From a virus (taxonomy: Duplodnaviria; Caudoviricetes), in IMG/VR virus record IMGVR_UViG_3300047160_004777, positions 15,007 to 79,006 of that record: a DNA stretch of 64,000 nucleotides. The stretch is one strand, 5' to 3'. The position numbers and the translations under genes are program-made. Below, one piece after another: positions 1 through 8,056 of the stretch. Each line of letters opens with the position of its first letter. Within the stretch, counting starts at the first letter, position 1. The notes under the pieces were generated by a model. The model saw nothing but the letters and a program-made list of their open reading frames with translations. It did no database searches and was not told the origin of the DNA.

Positions 1-37
1 TCGTGGTTACACGCTTTCGTACAGGAGTAGCAGTCGC

Positions 38-835
38 ATGTCGCCCAGAGGTGCAGCCCAGCCAACCGCTCAGGTCACGCTTCCGCAAGGTCGTTCGTTC
101 CAGCCGTTGAAGCGGCTCAACCTGCTTCCTGGCAATCCCCGGATAATTTCGACAAGTCAATTTCAGTCGCTGATGGCCTCGCTCAAGCGCGATCCTCGCT
201 TCGCGTTGGTTCGGCCGGTGGCGGTCGCGGATGGTCCCGAGAATCAGGCCGGCGCTCTCGTTTACGGCGGCAACATGCGCGTCCGCGCTTTCGAGCAGAT
301 GTTCAACGAAGGATGGGAACCCGCTCCGGACCTTCAGAAGCTCGGCTGGAAGCCGATGTACGTGCCGGTAGACGTAGACGACATCCCGGAGCCGATGGCT
401 CGCGAGCGCGCGATTCAGGACAACAACACATGGGGCACCTGGAACGATCAGGAACTCGCCGAGATGCTCTACAACCTGGATCAACTCGAAGGCTCCGACC
501 TCAGTGTCCTGGGTTTTGACCAGAGAGTGCTGGACGACTTGCTCGCATCAGTCGGTGGCACGGACGAGCCGGAACGCCGCGCCGATGGCCGTCCGGCAGA
601 CCTGCCACCTCAGGCGCTCACCACCGAAGAACGTATGGAAATCTACGAGAACCAGGCGATCCGGCAGGTGGTGCTCTACTACCCGAAGGAAGATTACGAA
701 GATATCCTTGAGCTGCTCGACTGGCTCAGGAAGCACTTCCAGTCCGAGACGAACACCGAGGCAGTTACGGCGGCGCTGCGCGCGTATCGGCAAACCTGCG
801 ACGACGAGTACGAGCAACCTGACGACGACGAGTAG
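38..835 (+). CDS. ParB/Srx-like N-terminal domain protein
   Basis: N-terminal motifs LLPGNPRII..FQSLMASLKRDP..RPVAV..GGNMRVRA and DNNTWGTWN are typical of phage ParB-like proteins found beside terminase and DNA-modification genes; small C-terminal domain IRQVVLYYPKEDYE. Confidence 0.75.
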   Translation: MSPRGAAQPTAQVTLPQGRSFQPLKRLNLLPGNPRIISTSQFQSLMASLKRDPRFALVRPVAVADGPENQAGALVYGGNMRVRAFEQMFNEGWEPAPDLQKLGWKPMYVPVDVDDIPEPMARERAIQDNNTWGTWNDQELAEMLYNLDQLEGSDLSVLGFDQRVLDDLLASVGGTDEPERRADGRPADLPPQALTTEERMEIYENQAIRQVVLYYPKEDYEDILELLDWLRKHFQSETNTEAVTAALRAYRQTCDDEYEQPDDDE

Positions 836-837
836 AC

Positions 838-1527
838 GTGGCGGGCTCGTTCGGGTCGGCCACGCTGCTCATCATGGCCTATCGGGGACTTAGCGCTCCA
901 ACTTCACCGCGTGTTGTCTCGCTCGCCTTGCAGAGCGGGTGGGACTTTCTGATTAGCTCTGACGACTCGGCTATCGACCGTCTGCGAAGTCGGGCGGTCA
1001 CGCGTTGGTACGTTGACGCGTCTGACGACGTGTGCATGTTCATAGATGACGACATGCTGTTCTCGCCCGAGTCGGCGCGCCAGCTTGTGATGGTTTGCCG
1101 CGAAACCGAGTCCATCGTTGGCGGCCTCTACCCGTTCCGTAACGCGGCGGGTTGGGCCGTGCAGCCCTTAGCCGGGACCGAGATCAAGTTGGGCGATCCG
1201 GTGACTGAGGTTGAATACGCGGCGAGTGGCTTCATGGCGATCCATCGCAAGGTGGTTCGAGCGTTGGTCAAGACGCTGCCGCTCGCGCACGCGGATCAGC
1301 CGACCTCGTTCTGGCCGATGTTTATGCCGTTCCTGATGGAGCGACCCGACGGCGTGATCTGGGAACTGTCCGACGATTGGTCATTTTGTCAGCGAGCCCG
1401 CGACGCCGGCTTCACGATCTGGCTCGACCCGTCGATTCTCGTGGGTCATCTCGGTCAGGTCACCGTGACGGCCGAGAACATCAAGACTGTGTACAAGGCG
1501 ATCCAAGAGGCCGGCACCGTTTTCTGA
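838..1527 (+). CDS. GT-A fold (GT2-like) glycosyltransferase
   Basis: DxD-like motif FIDDDM, SGFMAIHRKV, and the GT2-type C-terminus SDDWSFCQRARDAGFTIWLDPSILVGH. Confidence 0.65.
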   Translation: MAGSFGSATLLIMAYRGLSAPTSPRVVSLALQSGWDFLISSDDSAIDRLRSRAVTRWYVDASDDVCMFIDDDMLFSPESARQLVMVCRETESIVGGLYPFRNAAGWAVQPLAGTEIKLGDPVTEVEYAASGFMAIHRKVVRALVKTLPLAHADQPTSFWPMFMPFLMERPDGVIWELSDDWSFCQRARDAGFTIWLDPSILVGHLGQVTVTAENIKTVYKAIQEAGTVF

Positions 1528-1652
1528 TGGGGATCGGCTGCGTCGCGTACGTAGCCGTGTTCGTTGTCTCCCTACTCATCCTCGGATTCGCGACGCTGGC
1601 CTTTTTCGCCTATGTTGGATACGAGGTTCTTTGGCTGTTGCGGCCGCGCTAA
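1527..1652 (+). CDS. small membrane protein
   Basis: ATG overlaps the upstream TGA; 41 aa, almost entirely hydrophobic (MGIGCVAYVAVFVVSLLILGFATLAFF). Confidence 0.4.
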   Translation: MGIGCVAYVAVFVVSLLILGFATLAFFAYVGYEVLWLLRPR

Positions 1653-1969
1653 GAGTTCACGTAGTCCTGGTAGCTCTGGTCGAGTTCGAGATTGCACACG
1701 CCCCGCTCGTCCAGAGCGCACGGCGTATCGGATAGCTGAATCCAGGCATCGAGCGGGCAATCGTTGAGGCCGGCTAAGCGCGGATCGGACGTGTGGTACC
1801 AGACCTCGGTCCAGGGAGTGAAGTTGCATTCACCCGAGTGAATCAACCAGCGCCCATCAGGAAGAGCCAGCTCGTACCATCCGGGGGCGGTTGAGTCCGG
1901 GGCGGGACGCAAGTAGGCATTAGGCGCAGGCGATTGGGCGATCAGCAAGGCGAAAAGTAGCGCGAGCAC
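1649..1969 (-). CDS. small putative secreted protein (antisense to the module)
   Basis: GAGGT SD-like motif then GTG at 1969; signal-peptide-like MLALLFALLIAQSP followed by a Trp/Cys-containing domain; fills an otherwise empty gap. Confidence 0.45.
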   Translation of the reverse strand: MLALLFALLIAQSPAPNAYLRPAPDSTAPGWYELALPDGRWLIHSGECNFTPWTEVWYHTSDPRLAGLNDCPLDAWIQLSDTPCALDERGVCNLELDQSYQDYVNS

Positions 1970-1987
1970 TTTCTCAGTTACCTCTTC

Positions 1988-2896
1988 ATGCGTTACATTA
2001 CGGGTGGCTTGCAACGGGCGCTGCGCGACACGGTCGATCTGACAGGTATCCGGACGATCCGGGTTGATCAGCGGCGGGTGCTCAATCTTGAGGAGTACAA
2101 GCTTCGCGAGGCTGTCGAGTCTGACTTTGGTGAGCTGATTCGAGAGCCATTCCTTCTCTACGAGGGACCGAGGCTGCTCGTCGCGTACTTTCATCTCGGC
2201 GACAACCGCGAAACGAAGCCGATGCTCGACGCGATCTGGCGCAACCTGCCAGGTATCGACTTCCCCGAGCATTACCGCTCAGACGGATTGCCGCACACGT
2301 CGCAGACCATTGGCTACTTGCCGCGCGTGACGACCCGGCGCGATTACTGCACCGCGACCAAGACCGCGATGGAGTATCCGGAGGCGCACAAAGCCATCGT
2401 CGCTGCCGCGCCGTGGATCGGGACGTATTACCGTTCGATCAACCCGCGCCTGTTCTTCCGGCATCGGATGCTCGCGACGAAGGTCTTGTCGAGCTTCCAG
2501 ATCGAGGGCGGGCCGTTCACGTCCGGCATCATCAACTTCAACAGCCAGCTTCGGTATCACTTCGACAGCGGCAACTTCAAGGACGTGTGGAGCGCGATGC
2601 TCGGCTTCAAGCGCGACATGGGCGGTGGCTACTTGTCGATGCCTGAGTTCGGAATTGCCGCCGAAGTTTGCGACCGTTCGTTGCTGATGTTCGACGGCCA
2701 GGGCATTCTTCACGGCGTGACCTCGCTCCGTCCGTTGAAGGCTGACGCGAAGCGCTACACCATCGTCTACTACTCGATGGAACAGATGTGGAACTGCTTG
2801 CCGATAGGCATGGAGCTAGAACGCATCCGTCATCGACGCACCGTCCGGGAGTACAAGCGTGCCGGCCTTGCGCCAGGTTCCGCCGCCTTACCGTAG
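1988..2896 (+). CDS. TET/JBP-like 2OG-Fe(II) dioxygenase (5-methylpyrimidine oxidase)
   Basis: HxD motif in FTSGIINFNSQLRYHFDSGN, distal His in LLMFDGQGILHGVT, and RYTIVYYS with the 2OG-binding Arg; matches the phage TET/JBP family pattern. Confidence 0.8.
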   Translation: MRYITGGLQRALRDTVDLTGIRTIRVDQRRVLNLEEYKLREAVESDFGELIREPFLLYEGPRLLVAYFHLGDNRETKPMLDAIWRNLPGIDFPEHYRSDGLPHTSQTIGYLPRVTTRRDYCTATKTAMEYPEAHKAIVAAAPWIGTYYRSINPRLFFRHRMLATKVLSSFQIEGGPFTSGIINFNSQLRYHFDSGNFKDVWSAMLGFKRDMGGGYLSMPEFGIAAEVCDRSLLMFDGQGILHGVTSLRPLKADAKRYTIVYYSMEQMWNCLPIGMELERIRHRRTVREYKRAGLAPGSAALP

Positions 2897-3992
2897 GCCG
2901 CAGCTTCCGAAGAATTGGCTGGTCCCGACCAAACTCGCGGACCTCATTCCGAAGTCGCATCGTTTCCGTCCGCAACACAGCCCGGCGTTCATCCCAGTTC
3001 GTAGTGACTGGGACACGCTCAAGCTTTTCGCCGAGAACCTGATGTCCTCGCGGGACATTGACCCCATCTACCCGGTGCTGCGCTCGCTGTACGACGCTCG
3101 CGGCTACACTGCCGAGGACGCGCTGTGGTGCTCGATCCTGTACGTGACGTTCTACAACTTGCCGAGTGCGCTCGAAGCGCGGCGGCGACTCGGACCTTCG
3201 CCCGAGCTAAGTCACGAGCGTATCGACCGAACTGAGCTAAGCGACCTGCCCACCGGGGTAGAGCGGCGCGGGATGCGCGGAGCTGGCAAGGTGGCCCAGT
3301 ATCTCCACGGCCTCTACGACTGCATACACGAGCCCGTTCCGTCGTATCGGCAGGCGAACCTTACCCGTCATCTGCCGTGGTCGATATCGCCCATCGAGCC
3401 GGTACGAAGCTGGCTTCGACGCGGCGAGTTGTCGTGGAACTTCACTCCGTGCGAGCGGGGGTATCGCGTGCGGACGAATTACCGCAACTTCCGGCGTCGA
3501 TGGGACGCCGTTCCTGGTAACGGGCGATGGTCTGGGTTCAAGCTCGCGGAAATTTTGAGGGTCGTGCATCACATGCCGTATCAGGCGCCGGACATGGACC
3601 TGGAACACTCGTCGGGACCGAAGGAAGGACTTCAGTGGCTCTACGCGACGCATCAGGAGGACGCCACGGTTCTCAATGGGCTCGCGGAGCAGTTTCGCTT
3701 CTTGATGATGCGGCCGAACTACGACTACCTCGATTGGGAGGTGCTCGAAACGATCTTGTGCAACATGAACTCTCTGGGGACCGGCCACTACTACGTTGGC
3801 CACGACATAGACGAGTTTCAGGGCCAGATAGAACGGGCCGCGTTGCACAAGGATGACCGACGCGACCTGCTGATCGCTCGCCGCGAGGCGCTGCCGTACG
3901 CTTATCTCGGCGAGCACCACGGATGGTCGGGTGTGCAGCGCAATCGGCTTGCTGCGTGGCGCAACCGGCGGGAGGTGGTACTTCGTCCATGA
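2859..3992 (+). CDS. amino acid:DNA transferase-like protein (aGPT-Pplase2/ADDT, HhH fold); start uncertain
   Basis: Motifs DIDPIYPVL, GVERRGMR, GNGRWSGFKLAEIL, SSGPKEGL, LETILCN, GHYYVGHDIDE; lies between the TET/JBP-like gene and a P-loop kinase. Confidence 0.7.
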   Translation: MPALRQVPPPYRRPQLPKNWLVPTKLADLIPKSHRFRPQHSPAFIPVRSDWDTLKLFAENLMSSRDIDPIYPVLRSLYDARGYTAEDALWCSILYVTFYNLPSALEARRRLGPSPELSHERIDRTELSDLPTGVERRGMRGAGKVAQYLHGLYDCIHEPVPSYRQANLTRHLPWSISPIEPVRSWLRRGELSWNFTPCERGYRVRTNYRNFRRRWDAVPGNGRWSGFKLAEILRVVHHMPYQAPDMDLEHSSGPKEGLQWLYATHQEDATVLNGLAEQFRFLMMRPNYDYLDWEVLETILCNMNSLGTGHYYVGHDIDEFQGQIERAALHKDDRRDLLIARREALPYAYLGEHHGWSGVQRNRLAAWRNRREVVLRP

Positions 3993-4129
3993 GTGAGAGA
4001 AATCGCTTCGTCCCGGTCTGTGCGGTCTGCGGGATAGAAGGCTGGTTTTTCTGTTCGCGGGGAAGGCACTGGTGCTGTCGGCTGCACTTTCAAGCGCATA
4101 ACTGTCCGGAGCCGGAACCCAAGAAATGA
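3989..4129 (+). CDS. small Cys/His-rich protein
   Basis: ATGA overlap with the upstream stop; CAVCG..C..HWCC..H..C; its stop overlaps the next start. Confidence 0.5.
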   Translation: MSERNRFVPVCAVCGIEGWFFCSRGRHWCCRLHFQAHNCPEPEPKK

Positions 4130-4662
4130 GGATGCTGTTCTACTTGCTCGGCGTGCCGGGAGCCGGTAAGACTTCGGTTATGCGCGCAGCGCTGCAAGAT
4201 GTACCAGCGTACATCGAGAGGCGGCCGTTCGCGTGGACGCGGTATCCGGGCGGCGCGCAACTCGGCGCGGAGCGAAACGGGCTGTTTTCAGGCACGGACG
4301 TGCTGCCGCTCAACGTTCAGCCCTCCGTTCTTCGGTGGCTTGATCGCTGCCCGTTTCAAGCGATTGTTGCTGAGGGTGACCGGCTCGCTAACGGCGTGTT
4401 CTTCGATGCGGTGCGAGCGCAAGGTTGGAAGCTTACGGTGGCCTTGATTGAGATTGGGCCGGCGCTCGCGGCCACGCGACGGGAAGTGCGTCGTGCCTAT
4501 CAGAGCCAATCCTGGTTACGCGGTCGCGACACCAAAGTGCGGCGCTTAGCGTCCGCGTATGCTGATCCCGACTGGATTATGAGCGGACGCGATTCCATCG
4601 ACGCGCTTGGTTCGCGGTTGCGTGTACACCCTGCTTTCCGGGCTCTCGCGCATGCCGGCTAG
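4126..4662 (+). CDS. P-loop nucleotide/DNA kinase (base-modification associated)
   Basis: Walker A GVPGAGKT at the N-terminus, GTDVL, IVAEGDRL; typical of P-loop kinases in phage hypermodification operons. Confidence 0.75.
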   Translation: MRMLFYLLGVPGAGKTSVMRAALQDVPAYIERRPFAWTRYPGGAQLGAERNGLFSGTDVLPLNVQPSVLRWLDRCPFQAIVAEGDRLANGVFFDAVRAQGWKLTVALIEIGPALAATRREVRRAYQSQSWLRGRDTKVRRLASAYADPDWIMSGRDSIDALGSRLRVHPAFRALAHAG

Positions 4663-5371
4663 ACTGCGCTCGCCGGGTCAGGTTCAGGCCGACCGCGCCA
4701 AGATTTCCAATATGTACCTGCGCGGCTTCTCGCTGATGACCATCGCCAACGAGATGGGCGTGTCGAGAGAAAACGTGGCGTACGAGATGGGCAAGATTCG
4801 GAAAGAGTGGCGGGCGTCGGCCGTGTTCGACTTCGCTTTGGCCCGTCAGCAAGAGTTAGCCCGCATCGACCTTATCGAACAGGAAGCCTGGAGAGCCTGG
4901 GAGAACTCGAAGGCGCCTATCGAGGCCACGAGCACGCGTCAGCGGCGGCGCGACCTCAAGTTCCCGATGGCCGTTCCGCGACCCGGCGAGGAAGCCGAGT
5001 TACCCGTGGACTCGGTATCCGAGGCGAACAAGCGCTCGACCATGCGCGACCCGAACGCAGGCTTTTTGGACCGGATCGCATGGTGTGTCGAGATGCGCTG
5101 CAAGATTCTCGGGCTCGTCGCACCGCAAGAACTGCGGCACACTGGCACGATCCAGCAAATCCACGAAATCTTCTACGAACCCGCCGCGCTCCCGGATAAC
5201 GGCCAGGCGAATCGGCTCGTCATCCTCGGCGGCGCTCCGGCCTCGCTCCCCGCCCCGACCGCGCCCCCCGCCGCCCCGGAAGAGCGTCCGGACGAAGCTA
5301 CGCCCACCGCGAACGGGCGAGTCTACGCGGAGGATGACGAAGAGCTAGACGACGACGACGAGGCTGAGTGA
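4652..5371 (+). CDS. terS: terminase small subunit
   Basis: N-terminal HTH (LRGFSLMTIANEMGVSRENV), ELARIDLIEQEAWRAWENSK, RCKILGLVAP; directly upstream of terL. Confidence 0.6.
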   Translation: MPARLRSPGQVQADRAKISNMYLRGFSLMTIANEMGVSRENVAYEMGKIRKEWRASAVFDFALARQQELARIDLIEQEAWRAWENSKAPIEATSTRQRRRDLKFPMAVPRPGEEAELPVDSVSEANKRSTMRDPNAGFLDRIAWCVEMRCKILGLVAPQELRHTGTIQQIHEIFYEPAALPDNGQANRLVILGGAPASLPAPTAPPAAPEERPDEATPTANGRVYAEDDEELDDDDEAE

Positions 5372-7857
5372 GCGTGCCGCGCGCAGCTGTCGCGGCTACA
5401 CCCTCGCTCGCGCCCCGCGTTATCGCGAAGCGTCCCAAGTCCCCGACCTCGCCGTGGTGGATCGAGGATATCGGCCAAGGGCGCGGAAGAATCTGCACGA
5501 GTCTGCATCCCGGTCAGATGGCCGTGATGAAGTCCGCCAGTCGATTCACCGCCATGATAGCCGGGACCCAAGGAGGTAAAAGGCTCGACATAAATACACC
5601 AATCCCGACACCGACCGGCTTCAAGCCGATGGGAAGTCTGGAGATTGACGACCTCGTCATCGGGTCGGACGGGTTGCCCACGAAGGTGACGTACGTGTCG
5701 CCTATCGAATGGAGCGGGATTACCTACCGCCTGCGATTCGATGACGGAACTTCTGTATTAGCCGACGCCGAACATCTCTGGGTAACGCAAACTCGCGCTG
5801 AGCGGAAGAACGAGGCGCGGTTCGTAGTCGAGCGTAAACATCCGAAGCGGGGTGGCCACAATCGACAGCAATCTAGCGGCGTCAGGACGACCCAGGAGAT
5901 TGCCGATACATTAGCCCGCTACGGTGCGGCGAATCATAGTCTGGCGATCTCAATCGGGCCGGATTTGGCGGAAACCGATTTGCCGATCCCGCCGTATACG
6001 TTGGGCGTTTGGCTGGGCGACGGCACGTCGAGTTCCGCCACCATTACTACCGCCGACCCGGAAGTGCTGGAAGCCATAGCTGCCGAAGGTATAGCCATAG
6101 GCGTTGCCAAAGAAGTCAATGCCGGCGTCGCGCGAGGTTACCGGCTGGGCGGAAAAGCCGGCCGAGCACGGAATGCGTTCGGCCAATGGGCTGGCGGCGA
6201 GACGTTGAACGCCAAACTTCGCGCGGGCGGACTACTTGGGAACAAGCATATTCCGATTGAGTATCTGTTCGGCTCGCGAGCGCAGCGATTAGCTCTAGTC
6301 CAGGGCCTTATGGATACTGACGGCTATGTCGGTCCGAGAGGGCAAGGAGCAAGGTGCGAGTACGTCACAACAAGCTTTCGGCTAGCGGGCGACGTAGCCA
6401 CGTTGCTTCGTTCGCTAGGAATCAAGGTGCGCGTGGCCGAAAAGCAGCCATACCTCCACGGAAAACCTACGCGCCTCGCTTATCGTCTCGCATTTACAAC
6501 CTCGGCGCCAGTCTTTCGTTTGCCGCGCAAAGCGGCCAAGATACGCGAACGCCAGCGATCAGACACGCGTCGGCGCTTCGTTGTGGCTTGCGATCCGGCC
6601 CCCAGTGTGCCGATGCGTTGTATTACCGTGGGCGCGTCCGACGGGCAGTACCTTTGTACTACCGCCTACATCACGACCCATAACACCAGCCTCGGACCCA
6701 TGTGGTTGGAACGCGAGATACGCAATCGCGGCGCCGGCGATTACCTCGCGGTCACGGCGACGTTCCCGCTGCTCAAGCAAAAGATGCTTCCTGAGTTCAT
6801 TCACTACTTCAGGGATGCGCTCCAGCTCGGCTACTACGCTCGTGGCGAGCGCACGTTCTACTTTCACGACAATGAGACGCGCGTGATGTTCGGCTCGGCG
6901 GCACATCCCGAGTCTTTGGAATCGGCGACCGCGAAAGCTGCGTGGCTAGACGAGGCCGGCCAGTACCAGTTCCGCCTGGAATCGTGGGAAGCCGTCCAGC
7001 GCCGCGTTTCTCTCTTCCAAGGCCGCGTCCTCATTACGACCACGCCGTACAACCGAGGTTGGCTCAAGACCGAGATTTACGACCGTGCCGCTGATGGCGA
7101 TTCGACCTTCCAGGTGGTGCAGTTCGCTTCGACGCTCAACCCATCTTTCCCGGCCGAAGAGATGGAGCGCGTCAAGCGCTCGGGTACGCAGCTGTGGAAG
7201 ATAAGGATGTTTTATGAGGGGCTGTTCGATCAGCCGCCCGGCCTTATATTTCAGTCATACATTGATACATACCGCGAGTCTGGCGGACATCTTGTACGGC
7301 CGTTTCCGATCCCACCGTGGTGGCCGCGCTACGTCGGTGTTGACTTCGGTGGCACGAACACCGCCAAGGTCTACCTGGCGCACGACCCGGCGGCGGCGGT
7401 TTACTACCTGTACATGGAGGACTTGAGCGGGCATAAGACCGCTGCCCAGCACGCGCACGAGGTCCTCAACCATATCGGCGAGGGCATCCTCGCGGGTATT
7501 TGGGGCGGCGCGAAGTCCGAGAGCGCGTGGCGGCTAGAGTGGGCGGCGGCGGGCGTCCCGATGCAAGAGCCGGACGTGTACGACGTTGAGATTGGCCTCG
7601 ACCGCGCCGTCGGTTTGTTCAGTTCTAACCGTCTATTCGTGTTTGAGACGTGTCGCGGTATCCGTGATGAGCTAGGCACGTATTCTCGACAAGTCGCGCC
7701 GGACGGCACGGTATTACCCACGATTCAGGACAAGAACACCTATCACCGCATTGACGCGTTGCGAGCCTTGTCGCTCGGCATCGGCGGACCCCCAATGCCA
7801 CAACCGTTGCTAGCGTTTGGCGCGGCTAAAGGTTGGCAGCCCAGGATGCTCCGCTAG
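5368..7857 (+). CDS. terL: terminase large subunit, intein-containing
   Basis: Walker A AGTQGGK/T split by an intein, Walker B AWLDEAG, LITTTPY, nuclease motifs GVDFGG and HRIDALR. Confidence 0.9.
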   Translation: MSVPRAAVAATPSLAPRVIAKRPKSPTSPWWIEDIGQGRGRICTSLHPGQMAVMKSASRFTAMIAGTQGGKRLDINTPIPTPTGFKPMGSLEIDDLVIGSDGLPTKVTYVSPIEWSGITYRLRFDDGTSVLADAEHLWVTQTRAERKNEARFVVERKHPKRGGHNRQQSSGVRTTQEIADTLARYGAANHSLAISIGPDLAETDLPIPPYTLGVWLGDGTSSSATITTADPEVLEAIAAEGIAIGVAKEVNAGVARGYRLGGKAGRARNAFGQWAGGETLNAKLRAGGLLGNKHIPIEYLFGSRAQRLALVQGLMDTDGYVGPRGQGARCEYVTTSFRLAGDVATLLRSLGIKVRVAEKQPYLHGKPTRLAYRLAFTTSAPVFRLPRKAAKIRERQRSDTRRRFVVACDPAPSVPMRCITVGASDGQYLCTTAYITTHNTSLGPMWLEREIRNRGAGDYLAVTATFPLLKQKMLPEFIHYFRDALQLGYYARGERTFYFHDNETRVMFGSAAHPESLESATAKAAWLDEAGQYQFRLESWEAVQRRVSLFQGRVLITTTPYNRGWLKTEIYDRAADGDSTFQVVQFASTLNPSFPAEEMERVKRSGTQLWKIRMFYEGLFDQPPGLIFQSYIDTYRESGGHLVRPFPIPPWWPRYVGVDFGGTNTAKVYLAHDPAAAVYYLYMEDLSGHKTAAQHAHEVLNHIGEGILAGIWGGAKSESAWRLEWAAAGVPMQEPDVYDVEIGLDRAVGLFSSNRLFVFETCRGIRDELGTYSRQVAPDGTVLPTIQDKNTYHRIDALRALSLGIGGPPMPQPLLAFGAAKGWQPRMLR
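5581..6684 (+). mobile_element. class 3 intein (368 aa) with LAGLIDADG homing endonuclease
   Basis: Inserted after the Walker A GK; starts RLDINTPIPTP, block B ADAEHLW, LAGLIDADG motifs LGVWLGDG and VQGLMDTDG, block F MRCITV, ends TTHN before Thr+1. Confidence 0.9.
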
Positions 7858-8056
7858 CGTACCAATGTGTGTATGCTGGCCTCGGGCCTGATGGCGGGTG
7901 AGCCTCCAACTCCCCTTAGCTCGTCTTCAGGCGGCTGCTGAGTTAGGGCCTAACCCGGTAGTCACGGTGAAGCGGTGCGGAGGCGTGCGGGGCCGAAGTG
8001 CCGCCAACCGTCCATACCGGCATCACGCTAGAGCAGCCATTACAATGCTGCTCTAA

